DNA of 61,251 nt from positions 196,331 to 257,581 of the forward strand of contig NW_015159786.1 of assembly GCF_001447785.1 (NCBI RefSeq), written 5' to 3'. Positions 39,776-52,589 of this stretch are shown one piece after another. Each line of letters begins with the position of its first letter. Positions within the stretch are counted from its first letter, which is position 1. Source of the DNA: Gekko japonicus (lineage: Eukaryota). Made by a program: the position numbers and the translations under genes. The notes below the pieces were generated by a model. The model was not told the DNA's origin. It worked only from the letters and a program-made list of their open reading frames with translations, and did no database searches.

Positions 39776-40234
39776 CTTGTTTTCTAAATATCATAGTAGC
39801 TCCTTTGTAATTTTTGCACTAATTTTTGTTATATAAATTACACACAGAGACTAATAGTATTTATTTAACCATTTTATTAACATCTTTCCACACAGCTTGA
39901 TTTCTTTATGTTCCCACACCTTTTCGGCTGTGCTTCTTTTTAGTTTCTAGGTGGGGCCTGGAGATCTGCTATCACAAGGGATCTCCAGACGACCAAGATC
40001 AACCCCCTTGGAAAAAATGGCTGCTTTGGAGGGTACACTCTGTAGGCATCATGCCTAGTTTCACCCCTCCTTAGACCCTGCCCTTCCACCTCCATATCTC
40101 CAGGACTTTCCGACTCAAAAGTTGGCAACCCCAAGCGGATCAGGTTACATGGCTACCTCTGCTCACGGAGCCCTCCCAAAGCAAGTCTGCCAAGCCTCTC
40201 TGCCCACCTGACATGGCCTGATCTTTTTTTGTAG

Positions 40235-40299
40235 GGCTGAAGGACATGAAGAAGCGCCTGCACCAGGTAGACTGTTTGCTGGAAGTGCATGATGCCCGC
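40235..40299 (+). CDS. MTG1: MTG1 exon 2
   Basis: tttgtag| LKDMKKRLHQVDCLLEVHDAR |atatcctt. Confidence 0.93.
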
Positions 40300-41866
40300 A
40301 TATCCTTCTGTATGTCTGACGGGAAGCCTGGCAAGGTTTTCAGTAGCCCAAGCAGAGGATAAATGTGTTCCCCCCCAGCCCACCCCACACATAACGCCCA
40401 CCTCTGTCGCCCTTGCTGCTGCCGTTTAGGTCCAGTCTCAGCACCCATGAAAGCACTGTAAGGGCTTGGCTGGACCTGGGCAGCAGTGGGTTTCAGGATG
40501 GGATGGCACTGTTGCCTCTCTGTGCATGACCCATGTCTGAGAGCAGGCCAAGCCCTTGTGGTGCATCAGTGCCTACTGTTAACAGTCATTTCCTCTCTGC
40601 ATTCAGAAGCCAGTCCAGGAAAGACTGTTGCAGAATAAATTAACTCGTCATGCAGAGAGAAAAAAGCATTTCAGCAGAGCCGCAGTGGTGGTGTGGGGGG
40701 GAGGGCGGGGCTTGGAGCTCCCTGCTGGTGCCCGCTGGAGGTCGCCGCCGGCTGTGGGGAGGACACACTTCCGGTGATGTCAGGGGGGGTGGCATATGCT
40801 AATGAGAGTTATGCTAATGAGTCCCCCTAGCTCTTTTTCTACGAAATGACCCCTGCTTGTTCCTGTCTGTAAAATACCAACAAATGAGGTCTCTGCAAAG
40901 CTGCAAGTTTGGAGACAGACAGGGTTCCAGCTTTCTGGGGTTTACCTGTCATTTATTTATTTATTTATTTATTTAAGTGGCATCACTGCATGTGAAAAAA
41001 TGTAAATAAATAAATCAGTTAACAGTGTAAAAATACAACCCAAGATTATAAAACCAACATTAAACAACCACTGAACTGCTGAAAAATATTCATAAAACAT
41101 TCCTCAAGCTAGAAGCAAGAACTATAGAGAGCTAAGAAGAAAAGACCCCTTGGTTAAAAACCTAGTTAAAAGGAAAGATTTTGGCTGGCTTCTTAAAAAA
41201 TTATTAAAAAGCATTTAATATATTTTTAATTAATATAAACAATCTGTTGTAGAGCCGAAAATCAAAATGACCAACCATCAAAACTGTGTTGCATTGAAGG
41301 AATTACATCCTTGGCACATAGAAATTCTAAAACTGGTTTCCATATTTTGTCACATTCAAATAAGGGAGCTACCATACATAAATCCCCAAAAAACGGATTA
41401 TGCATAATCCTACCCATCAAAAAATGTTCCCAGATTTTCTGGTACCATTTTTGAGCACGGGTCCTGTGACGGGTTTCCAATTCCTGGCAACAACCAAGCA
41501 AGCAGAAGCAACTCATGTAGAGACAAGATATTTGGTATTTTTATCAAGCAAAAAACCGCCCCAGAAATCCAGTAACAAAAATTCTGGAGAGTAAGGCAAT
41601 GTTGGATATCTCTTTATGAACCACTGAACCAGATGGCACTCCCACCGAATAGGTAAAGCGGTACCTTCCTGCTTACAGGATCTCCATCACAGTGGGCTCA
41701 AAGACTTGTTCCTCAGGTTTAATTTGTGTTTGCCTGTCAAGACCTTTCCAGCTTAAATTGCCATAATTGTGGCTGCAGTCGCCAAACGTCTTCTTCAGGC
41801 CTACCCAAACTTTGGGGGGGGGGGGCTGCCATTCCCTGCCCTTCTTTGGCTCCTTAGCGCATGCAC
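40300..41866 (+). other. MTG1: U12-type (minor spliceosome) AT-AC intron
   Basis: 5' end ATATCCTT; branch-like TCCTTAGC at 41851-41858; 3' end CAC; splicing joins EVHDAR to IPLSGRNP in frame. Confidence 0.92.
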
Positions 41867-41971
41867 ATCCCACTCTCTGGCCGGAACCCTATGCTGCAGG
41901 ACGCCCTGGGTGTCCGTCCACACTTGCTGGTGCTGAACAAGATGGACCTCGCAGACCTGACACACAAATCG
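41867..41971 (+). CDS. MTG1: MTG1 exon 3
   Basis: IPLSGRNPMLQDALGVRPHLLVLNKMDLADLTHKS |gtaaga (G4 NKxD motif). Confidence 0.93.
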
Positions 41972-42909
41972 GTAAGACCAAGATAGGCTCTGCCTCCTAT
42001 TGGCCACTATGAGTTTGACACCAGGACTCACCAACAGGTTGGGATGGACCACTGTGGGCTGGTGCCTCCTTGCTTTCCTTAAGCAGCCCTTGCTCTTTGG
42101 TCTGATTGGCGGCTTTTCAACCCAGAGTCAGGGAGCAGTTTTTACTGATGGTTTTCAGGACTGGGGGAGGCAACATTTGCTAGCCGGCATCAAGCAGTAG
42201 CAAGAAAGTGCCGCACTGAATCATTTGTGTTTTCTGCAGACCTTTTTGCCAACTGATTGGCTTTTAGTTACGACAAATTCCTAAATTTGTTAAGCCTGCA
42301 TGCTATGTATTAACTTGCACAGATGGACCTTGTCCTTGGATTCATTCAGCTTCATCTCCCAGCTTGTAGCTTCCTGATACCTTCTTTCATTGGGAAGCCG
42401 TTTATGATATTTTCTTGTTCAGTTGAACTGACTTAACAGATTGCCATAGCGGCAACCACCTTTTCCATTCCACGTGCAAGGCATTGTCTAAAGATCGCGC
42501 TACCACCACATGCTTGTGACCAAAGTTCCCTCTAAGCTGAGTTAGGATGAGCCAGCTCACAGTTTTTAAGCCTCCGGCTCACACATTTTTGTCCTAGCTC
42601 AGGATGGCTCGAGAGCAAACTAATTTATGCAGTAGCCAAATCGCTCGCTCACAGCTTTAATGCCAGTCGGTCACAAAGTAGAATTTTTGCTCACAAGATT
42701 CCACAGCTTAGAGGGAGCCTTGCTTGTGACATTGCCTTCTGCGTCTGTGATCCTGCCACAGTCTTTGAGATTCCTGCGGCTCAGAGCCGAAACGCCTGTG
42801 GCTGTGTGGTTTCTATCAGGAGAGCCCCAGCACAAAAGGCTGCCTTGCAGAAGTATCCTGAATGTAAGCTGTTCAGGCTTTCCTCTGATCGATACTTTCT
42901 TGCTTTCAG

Positions 42910-42990
42910 CGGATTCTGGAATGTTTGGAACAGCAAGGGGTCAAACACATCCTTTTCACGGATTGCCTCAAGGATGAAAATATTGAGAAG
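42910..42990 (+). CDS. MTG1: MTG1 exon 4
   Basis: tttcag| RILECLEQQGVKHILFTDCLKDENIEK |gtacc. Confidence 0.9.
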
Positions 42991-44479
42991 GTACCGTTCT
43001 GTTAGAGTGTCTCTATGGATGGAACTTGGAAGCAGTGTGACCTAGATCGCTGATTCCTGCTTGGTGGATGAAGTAAAGGGACCTGGCCCTTCGTCCTGGC
43101 CTTTGAGTTGCTGCCATTTGTACAGTGATCCATCAGAGAGAGGGGGAAATGGGCAGTATCCTCTTCTTTTATTTATTTATTAAAACATTTATATCTCTTG
43201 GTACAAGGCAGTTTATAAAAGTAGTTAAAGCATCCCCAGCTAAAACCAAAGGTAAAATAACAACCCCCTAAATTTCTCCCCCCTTAAAAGGCACCTGCTC
43301 TTCAAATCCCCGTCAAAAGCCCTGGCAAACAGGCAGGCCCTGCAGTGCCTCCGGATCTGTCCCGTCAGGGAGCCGTTCCCCACGGACAGAGTCACGATGG
43401 AAAAGGCCCAGGCTTTGGCCAGTGCCAGATGGGCCTCCCTAAGGGGTGGGATAGCCAGCAGACGGCTGCCGACAGATGACTGTAGCTGGCGCACAGGGGC
43501 ATATGGAAGGAGACAGTCCTTCAAATAGGTGGGCCCCAGGTCATGAAGGGCTCTAAAGCCCATACCCAGCGCCTTGAAATGAGCCCAGAAATAGATTGGC
43601 ACCCAGTGTCGCTGTTTCAAAATGGGCCACATATGTTCCCAGGGGCTAGCCCCTGACAGCAGTCACTGCCTCATTCTGAACCAGCTGGAGTGTCTGAGCT
43701 GTCTTCAAGGGAAGCTCCATGTAGAGCACATGGCAGTAGTCCATCCATGAGGTCGCAGAAGCACAGATCAGCGTGGCCAGGTTAAAGAGGATGTTGGCAA
43801 ATCAGACACAGCTGAGAGAAGGTGCTCCTGGGCCACCCGGCCAGCCTGCTTTTCAAGCAGCAAGGCAGGAGCCCACCAGCACCCCCAAGCTCTTGACCTG
43901 CTCTGGAAAAGCCAGCGTTACTCCATCCAGGGCAAGCGGATTCGGTCCCTGTAGAATTCAGCCTTTGCAGCCCGCAGTTGTTGTTGCTCAGTCGCACAGT
44001 CGGGTCCGACTCTCCGCGACCCCATGGACCAGATCACGCCAGGCCTTTCCTGTCTTCCGCCGTCCTCTGAAGTTTGCTCAATTTCATGTTTGTTGCATCT
44101 ATGACACTGTCTAACCATCTCATCCTTTGCCGTCCCCTTCTTCTTTGACCTTCAATCTTTCCCAGCATCGGGGTCTCCTCCAGTGAGCGCTGCCTTCTCA
44201 TTGGGTGGCCAAAGTATTTGAGTTTCAGCTTCAGTCTCTGGCCTTCCAGGGAACAGTCAGGGTGGATTTCTTTTAGGATTGATTGATTGACCTCTGTCTT
44301 ATCTGGATTCAGCTTCAGTTTGTTCTGCCTCAGCCACCTGACTGCAGCCACAGTGCCCCAGTTCACAACCAGTTCAGAACCAAGATGGACATATCTGGAG
44401 GTCTGAATAATGAAATATAGAGCTGGGTGCGTATTGGTGATGCCCAACCCCAAAGGTCCGGATAATCTCATTCGGTGGC

Positions 44480-44566
44480 CTCTCTCTCTGTCTCTCTCTC
44501 TCTGTTTCTCTGTCGCTCTCTGTCTGTCTGTCTGTCTGTCGCTCTCTCTCTCTCTCTCTCTGTCTA
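44480..44566. repeat. (CT)n/(CTGT)n microsatellite
   Basis: Direct reading. Confidence 0.9.
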
Positions 44567-44795
44567 TCAGCGTAGGTGAGAGAATAGAAACCTGTGGCAC
44601 CGCATAAGACAAATTCCACCCTGATGATTCTGCACCTTCTGTGGAGACTGTGTGTGTCCGGTCATGCAGAATAGAGTAAAACCACCGAAGGGCTACGCTC
44701 TTAATACCCACTCCATAAACAAGCCAATGGTCGGCTGTATTAGAAAAGCCACCCCACAGCAATTCCTCTGAAAATGTTCTTGCCTTTCTTTGCAG

Positions 44796-44852
44796 ATTGT
44801 TCCCCTTGTCACAGAATTGGTCCACAGCAGCCAGCGCTATCAGAGGTCTGAG
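44796..44852 (+). CDS. MTG1: MTG1 exon 5
   Basis: ttgcag| IVPLVTELVHSSQRYQRSE |gtgagt. Confidence 0.88.
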
Positions 44853-45257
44853 GTGAGTCCTGCTGGCTCAGTCGGATCCTCTGGGGGCCAGCGTGGCTCT
44901 TGTTTTCCTCGGTAGCAAGCGAGGCCAATGATTAGGAAGGCTCTCCTTCCAGCCCTGTGGGAACTGCTGGAATCCTCTCTTGGGAGACGACTTTGCTTTC
45001 ACGGAAGAGGCCAGGGCGCAGACCAAATCCATATCGGTATCGCTGCAGAAATGCTGGTTGGTTGCGTGTGAATGCCCAGTCCCTGGATTCTTGATGCTGA
45101 AGTTCTTGAGCAGGACTTGAATCCCAGCAGGCTCTGCCCTGTAAGGTCACCTGTCCTGCCTATGAACCAAAGGAGGTGCTGCAACCTGTTCCTAGTTTTC
45201 TTAATAACTCCCTGAAAAGGTGACAGGTGGGCTCTTACCCATTCGGTTTTGTTCCAG

Positions 45258-45348
45258 AATATTGAAACTTCCATGATGGTCATTGGTGTGCCAAACGTGG
45301 GGAAATCCTCAGTCATCAATTCAATAAGAAGGTTGCACCTCAAAAAAG
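45258..45348 (+). CDS. MTG1: MTG1 exon 6
   Basis: ttccag| [31 protein letters not shown] |gtatc (P-loop G1). Confidence 0.95.
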
Positions 45349-46891
45349 GTATCTTCTTTTTGTTTGGTTCCTTTGGCTTTGTCAATGAGTTAACACTGAA
45401 CTTTGTAGTGATACCCGGAGGGGGTGGGGCGGTATTCCTAACAACTCGGTCGGAATAAAATGATGGAATTCGTTGACAGGAAACGTTTTCCTGTTCTTCG
45501 CATTCTGTTTTGAAGAACCGCACAGAATACCTGAGCAGACGGTTCTGTCATCTTTGCTGCTAGTTAATGGTAGAGGAACATGGAACGCGGGCAGGGAGGG
45601 GGCGAGGGGGCTGGAAGGAGAAGGTGCCAGAAATAAACAAACAAAGGTTTTCTAGCCCAATGAAGTTCTGGTAGTCCAGCTTATATGACGTCTCGTGCCT
45701 GGTGGCAGTTCTGACTCTCAGTCGTGGGTGGTGCCCATAACTTTGGAGGTGGAGCCACATTCCTTTGGGTTTCTTTCTTTTCCAGTTTCCTGCATGTGCT
45801 TTTGCAGACCCACCCCCCACTACCAACGAGGAACTATTGTGAGACAGGATTGATATGCTCATTCATTCAATTCTTGCGGTGCCTCCTGTTCGTTACTGCA
45901 GAGACTCCCGTCTTTGTAGCCCCTAATAACCTTTTGTCCCTTTTGGAGACCCTTAGCAATGCCACATCTGTCACGGCACCTCCCTGGAGTGGTCTGAGGC
46001 GACGTGTGTTACGCTGCCTCCTACCCTCCCTCGGCAGTTCCTGCTTATTTCTCCTTTCGCCTTAGATGTTCTAGTGGAGCCCAAAGAATAGGGTAGCTTC
46101 TAAAGTTCCCTGGACAGACCTTGCCACGAAGGCATCATTTCCCCCCTCCCCTTGCCACTTAGGCTTATGGGTTCCACAAAAAGACTGCAGATTTCTCTCG
46201 CCTGCCACACCACCTCACTCAGTCCCGTCTTCTTGAAAAGCTCCCTGAACAAACCCAGTCAACTCCACCTGCTGGGGGACAAGCAACTATCCACTCGTCA
46301 CTCACTTCACTGATCCCCATCCCAACCCCCCTCTTCCCTACCTTAAAGGCACACATTTTGAACCACAGCAACCATGCATATAAATTGCTATAAAACAAGT
46401 AATATTAGAGGTAACTGAAATAGACCTGAAGCTAGAACCAGAAGTATATTTCCTTAATATGTGACCAGATGGGATAACTTTCAATGATTCATGTCTGATA
46501 TTATATATACTTAACTATGTCCAGAATACTTATAGCGAAATGTTGGAAATCAGATAGAATACCAAATAGAGAAGAATTAACTATGAAAATCTTGGAAATA
46601 AAAGAAATGGATAAGATAAATATGATATTAACAGAGAAAGAAGAAAACATATTCAAAAAAAGATGGCAAAAATAGATAGATGGATAGAGAAAAATGTATA
46701 AGGAAAACTCCAAAATTTGTTGTCAAGACTTTATATTTTGTTTACTTTTTTGTAATGGAAAATGACAAATAAACTATATTAAAATAAATAAATCCCCACA
46801 TTAAATCGCAGAAACAAAACACAAAATATTTACATTGCAGAACATCATACCCCCTCTGTTCATTTTGGCCTTAGACAGTTGAGTTTTCAAG

Positions 46892-47173
46892 AGACAGTTT
46901 GGTGTAGTGGTTAGGAGTGCAGACTGTATCTGGAAGAACCGGGTTTGATTCCCCGCTCCTCCACATGCAGCTGCTGGTGTGATCTTGGGTCAGTCACAAG
47001 TCCTTTCAGAGCTGTTCTCTCAAGGGCAGTTCTCAGGAGAGCTCTCTCAGCCCCACCTACCTCACAGGGTGGCTGTTGTGGGGAGGGGAAGGGAAAGGAG
47101 ATCATAAGCCGCTCTAAGACTCTTTCGGGTAGTGAAGGGCGGGGTATAAATCCAGTCTCCTCCTCCTCTTCTT
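46892..47173 (+). mobile_element. tRNA-derived SINE (Squam-type)
   Basis: A box tggtgtagtggtta and B box ggtttgattcc; (ctt/cct)n tail; related copy on - near 34428-34680. Confidence 0.7.
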
Positions 47174-47924
47174 CAGCACCTTTTGTTTATACTGTTGTCC
47201 AATTTCCGGAATCCTACCACATTGCTCACTGGAGGTCTGAGTTGAATTGCTTTTCATAGTTTGCAATCTGCCTTGGAGTCTCCGTGGAAAAGGTGGGCTG
47301 TAAATGAAGTTAATAATAGCAGTAACACTGAGCGCACTCTCTTGGGAGTCAGCCCTGTTGAATGAGCTGGGACTTGGCCTGAGGTAAACCTCCTTAGCAT
47401 TGCTCCCTCTGGTACCCAATAAATGTTCAGCAGTTGGGAAAACCAAGTCCCCAGACAGCAAAGCTGACGGGCAGTAGGTTCCAGATGGACAAAAGGAAGT
47501 ACTACTTTACACAGAGAGTGATTAAAATGTGGAATTCTCTGCCAGAGGATGTAGTGATGGCCCCTGGGATGGGCAGCTTTAAAAGTGGACTAGATAGATT
47601 CGTGGAGGGATAAGTCTATCAGTGGCCTACTAGCCATGGTGACTGAGGGGAACCTCCACATGCAGAGGCACTAAGCCTCTGAATCCCAGAGCCAGGCCGC
47701 AACGTCAGCGGAAGGCCTCGGCCTCTATGCCCTCTTGTTGGCTGTCTCATAAATGGGCATCCCTAAATCTGACTGCCAGAGAGGGACCAGCTGGGCCCCT
47801 GTGCAGTTGACCTTTTTTTGTTCTGCCCAAAGGCTAGTTGGCTGTTGCCAGAAAGGGCAGGAAGCTTCACTGGGTTCAGGGTTACCCGGGACAACCGTAT
47901 CCTATCTGGCTTCCAGTTTCAGCT

Positions 47925-48102
47925 GAGAAGGGAAAGGGCCGTTCCGTGCGCCTTGGTGTTTAGTCATGCTGGCCACATGACCACGGAAACGTCTTCGGAC
48001 AGCGCTGGCTCTTCGGCTTGGAAACGGAGATGAGCACCGCAACCCTAGAGTTGGATTTGACTGGCTTTCGAGCAAGGGAACCTTTACCTTTACTTTACCT
48101 TT
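47925..48102 (+). mobile_element. Sauria SINE 3' fragment
   Basis: 3' half and acctttacc tail. Confidence 0.75.
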
Positions 48103-48394
48103 CTCTACTTTAAGGAGTCTCAAAGCGGCTTGCACTTGCCTTGCCTTCCTCTCCCCACAACGGGCTCCTTGTGAGGTAGGTGGGGCTGAGGGAGTTCTGA
48201 GAGAACCGTGACTGGCCCAAGGTCACCCAGCAGCAGGGTTTGTGGAGGAGGAGTGGGGAATCAAAGCCGGTTCTCCAGGTTAGAGTCCGCCTCTGCCCGA
48301 CACTGGCTCTCAGTTAGTAGCCACAGAACTTGTAGAGAAGTGCCTTGTATCCTGTGTGTAACAGCTTGGGTTTTTTTTCTTCCCCTCCTCTCAG

Positions 48395-48456
48395 GGAAAG
48401 CCTCTAGTGTTGGTGCGGAACCAGGCATTACCAGAGCTGTCCTTACCAGAATCCAG
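48395..48456 (+). CDS. MTG1: MTG1 exon 7
   Basis: ctcag| KASSVGAEPGITRAVLTRIQ |gtagt (G2). Confidence 0.93.
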
Positions 48457-48611
48457 GTAGTACAATAAACCCTTGGGAAAAAATGGGAGGTGATGTGAAG
48501 GGACAGTGGAAAACTATTCTGTGCCTGTGAAAGCATTGATGGGCCTTCTGTCTGTGGGAGAGGGGCACACATGGCAGGGGATGAACCAGAGGGATTGGGA
48601 GACTCTGGACT

Positions 48612-49367
48612 TAAGAACATAAGAGAGAAGCCAATGTTGGATCAGGCCAGTGGCCCCTCCAGTCCAACACTCTGTGTCACACAGTGGCCAGAAACACCAG
48701 GTGCCATCAGGAGGTCCACCAGTGGGGCCACGACACTAGAAGCCCTCCCACTGTTGACCTCCCCCCCCCAAGCACCAAGAAGACAGAGCATCACTTGCCC
48801 CGGAGTCCCTATCTGTACCTTGTGGCTAATAGCCACTGATGGACCTCTGCTCCATATGCTTATCTAATTCCCTTTTGAAGCCGTCCATGCTTGTAGCCGC
48901 CACCACTTCCTGTGGCAGTGAATTCCAAGTGTTAATCACTCTTTGGGTGAAGAAGTACTTCCTTTTATCTGTTCTAACCCGACCGCTCAGCAATTTCATG
49001 GAGTGCCCACGAGTTCTTGTATTGTGAGAAAGGGAGAAAAGTACCTCTTTCTCTACCTGCTCTATACCATGCATAATCTTATAAACCTCGACAAGCATGG
49101 ACGGCTTCAAGAGGGAATTAGATAGGCATATGGAGCAGAGGTCCATCAGTGGCTATTAGCCACAAGGTATAGATAGGGGCTCTGGGGCAAGGGATGCTCT
49201 GTCTTCTTGGTGCTTGGGGGGGTCAACAGTGGGAGGGCTTCTAATGTCCTGGCCCCACTGGTGGACCTCCTGATGGCACTGGTATTTCTGGGAACTGTGT
49301 GATACAAAGTGTTGGACTGGATGGGCCTTTGGCCTGATCCAACATCGGCGTCTCTTATGTTCTTATG
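48612..49367. mobile_element. Two CR1 3' ends in inverted orientation
   Basis: 48612-49090 on -, 49091-49367 on +; same family near 8450-8760 and 27690-28015. Confidence 0.85.
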
Positions 49368-49417
49368 CGCCAGTTTTTGGAGACTGTAAAATCTCGTCAC
49401 CTCCCTTTGTGTTCCAG

Positions 49418-49514
49418 GTGTGTGACCGGCCCCTCATGTTCCTCCTGGATACCCCCGGAGTGCTGTCTCCCCGAATTGAGTCTGTGGAGATCGGCTTGAA
49501 GCTCGCTCTGTGCG
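49418..49514 (+). CDS. MTG1: MTG1 exon 8
   Basis: ttccag| VCDRPLMFLLDTPGVLSPRIESVEIGLKLALCG |gtgagg (G3 DTPG). Confidence 0.95.
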
Positions 49515-49909
49515 GTGAGGGGACTGCGGGGGGCGGGGGGGCAGGTGTTCTGTCCACCTGGACGGTGATGGTGCTGCCTGGGTAGGGGTAGGGGTGGACA
49601 GGAGGAGGAGCCGGCCCGGTGGGGCCGTGGCCAGAGGGAGGAGAAGCGAGCAGGCCACTGAATGCTCTCCTCTCTGCCTTGAGGCCCGAACATCTGGGTT
49701 ATTTGGTGCCCCTCTCTGGAGTTCCAGGGGAGCGGCACCTTTCTGGAGGAATCCAGCACATCTGGTGGTTCCCTCCTTTTGCTGCCAGTGGATTCTTTGA
49801 TGGGCACAGAGTGGCTTAACTCGCATCCACCTCTACCAGGTGTCTGGAAGGGTGGTTTGGAGTCTGGGCATTTTGCCTGCAGCTAGGAGCCTGCTGCTTT
49901 TTCACCTAG

Positions 49910-49991
49910 GGACGATCCGGGACCACCTGGTAGGCGAGGACGTCATTGCCGATTACCTGCTTTACACACTGAACCGTCAGCAGCAGTTCAG
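49910..49991 (+). CDS. MTG1: MTG1 exon 9
   Basis: cctag| TIRDHLVGEDVIADYLLYTLNRQQQF |gtgagg. Confidence 0.93.
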
Positions 49992-50094
49992 GTGAGGCGA
50001 TCACATAGCGCTGGGGAGAGAGCTGGGGGTGGTTGCCCACCCCCAGGGGCCTGACTCACCCGTTCCTGCGGTTCTCCCCCACCCCGCCCTGCAG

Positions 50095-50207
50095 CTACGT
50101 GGAACGCTACAAAATGACCAGCCCTTGTGACGATGTGGAGACGCTGCTCAAGAGCATTGCAGTGCACCTGGGCAAGACCCGCCGAGTCAAAGTGTTGACG
50201 GGCACAG
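50095..50207 (+). CDS. MTG1: MTG1 exon 10
   Basis: ctgcag| YVERYKMTSPCDDVETLLKSIAVHLGKTRRVKVLTGTG |gtaagt. Confidence 0.93.
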
Positions 50208-50785
50208 GTAAGTCGTCTTTTCTTTTTCTCAGCCAGCCTGTCTACGTGCCAGTCCTCCTGCGCTTCGGCTGCTTGGTTCCTGGTCTGCCCAGAGATTCTG
50301 TGACTTGGCGTGGAAGGGGCATGACTCGCCCGACAGGTGATGCCTGGCCCTGGAGGTTGCCAGTAGGGATGGGTGTGGACTGGGACCCAGTGCTTGGCCC
50401 GTGAGCCCGGTCCATCCCATCCCGCCAACGCGGACCTCCCACCACCAGTGAACCTCCCGGGAGGGTGGTGGGCAATGTTCCCTCTAAGCTGAGTTAGTGT
50501 GAGCTAGCTCACAGTTTTTTAGCCTCCGACTCACACCTTTTTGTCTTAGCTCAGGAAGGATTGGCTCCAGAGCAGACTAATTTATGCAGCAGCCAAATCG
50601 CTCGCTCACAACTTTAACGCCAGTAGCTCACAAAGTAGAATTTTTGCTCACAAGACTTCACAGCTTAGAGGGAACATTGCTCCTCGCCCTCCTTCCAGAG
50701 GCAGGGCTCAGCCGGGGCTTTTGGATCCTGTTGCCCGGACAGCACTGCGCGGTGCGAGTGACCTCTCCCTTCCCTCTCTCGGCAG

Positions 50786-50835
50786 GAGACATGACGGTGA
50801 CGGCCCCCAACTACAACGCTGCGGCGGTCGACTTC
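50786..50835 (+). CDS. MTG1: MTG1 exon 11 (start only; the rest and the stop fall in or after the N gap 50836-50874)
   Basis: cggcag| DMTVTAPNYNAAAVDF, then Ns. Confidence 0.85.
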
Positions 50836-52269
50836 NNNNNNNNNNNNNNNNNNNNNNNNNNNNNNNNNNNNNNNAGGGCTCCCTCTTCCTGGCGTGTGCC
50901 GAGGGGGTTTCCACGTGGAGCAGGAGGGAGGCTTGTGGCTGGTTGCACAGCCGCCTGGCCGGCCTGCTTCTTGGGAGACCAGGGCTGGACCTCTCTCGCC
51001 GTGGGGTGAGAAGGAAACGGGCAACTGGGGCAGCCGCCGGAGGCTCTGAGCCCCGTTTCCTGTCCCGTGTGGCTTTTCTCTGTCTTCGGCCCCCGCTGAT
51101 GTCCCAGCAACCCCGTGAGGGAGCGTTGGAGGGGGAGAGTTCCCGGGGTCGCTTGAGCCCCCAGGGATCGCGACGGGCCCACTCCAAAGTTGCAGCACCT
51201 GGAGTATGGTAACAGTGCGCGCTGTTGGCTTTAGGTCAGTGCGTTGCCCGATGCATATGCCGTGAACTTGGTGAGGAGCATGTGCTTTCCTTGGGCTGCT
51301 TTCCTGATTATTCCGAAGCGCCTCCTCCTCCTGGGCTGGGCGGCAACGGCTCGCTCCCCACCAGGTTCACCTCGTCCAAATGACTGGATGCGGACTGCCC
51401 TTTGGCCTTCTCCCGCCCCCATATAAACCTGCAAAGGAGACAGCCGCAGTCCTAGTTGCAGGGACAGCCCTTCCCGCCCCTCACCGCCTTTTCCTGCACC
51501 AGGAGGACTGTGCCTCACGTTTTGGAATGCGGAGTGGATCGGCCGGGCCGTGGGGCCTGGACAATGTTCCGAGGGTGGAAAAGGTTTATTTGCCGGGAGA
51601 CGAAGGGTGGGGGGTACTAGGCTGTGACGTGGAAGTGAACGAGGCCGCATTCTTAACTTTGCTGGGAGAAAGTCCCACGGAATAAAACAGTGCTGTGGAG
51701 TGAACCTGCTTTAAGAGTGATCTGCGAGTCGACAAGCTTCCGGTCTGCATTCGATCAGGGCGGTTTCCTTGTTCTTTGGCTCTCCTCCACGACGGATCCT
51801 GGTTGACCCCCCCCCTCTCAAAAATCAAGAGTGAGTCAGCGAGTGGCTCCTTCCCCACTCTTTTCTTCCCCCGCCTTGGGTGGCCATTGTCCTGGTTCAT
51901 GCCATAAGCAGGCAGAAAAAGGTCCTGATCATATGGAATTGGGAGCCGGCGTTTGGGACCCGGGAGTATTGGGGACTGGTCCATTTAGACCATCCTTTGA
52001 GTAAGAGGGATGCTGGCCTTAGCAGAGGACCCGTCAAGATTTGAAACTGCCTTCCAGACAGCCAGAAGCAAAAGACATAACACTGATTTTGACAAGGCTG
52101 GAAAGTTTCCTGCCAGCTTTATGGCAAAAGTCTGGGATTGGTGCTGTTTTGTTTATAATGAATTTTGAGTAATATGTTCCCATGGGGCTCGTTGGAACAG
52201 TTTGGGATTCATAGAAGGCAAAAGGGGGGGAGGTTTAAGGAATCCTACATGCCTTATAATACTCTAAGT

Positions 52270-52589
52270 CAGTGATGGCGAACCTTTTAGAGACCGAGTG
52301 CCCAAACTGCGACCCAAAACCCGCTTATTTATCGCAAAGTGCCAACACGGCAATTTAACCTGAATACTGAGGTTTTACTTTAGAAAAAACAACTCATACA
52401 TTAACTTAAGATGATCCAAACAAAGTAAGGAAAGCAATCCCAAATGCCTTTCATTTCCTTCAAATTATTTGGCAGAGAAATTGACACTTTAACGATGGTC
52501 TGGGCCTGGCTGGGACGATAGCACGCGTGCCCACAGAGAGGGCTCTGAGTGCCGCCGCTGGCACCCGTGCCATAGGTTCGCCACCACTG
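52270..52589. mobile_element. hAT-type MITE family C (~320 bp)
   Basis: TIR cagtgatggcgaacct / aggttcgccaccactg; perfect 8-bp TSD ctctaagt. Confidence 0.88.

Noticed and set aside
44034-44825. 263-aa ORF on - strand
   Set aside because: Chance fusion of an L2/CR1-like RT fragment, a microsatellite and an RTE 3' end
50875-51009. Post-gap continuation as the MTG1 C-terminus
   Set aside because: Gap length is unreliable and the expected FRxGxLG motif is not visible
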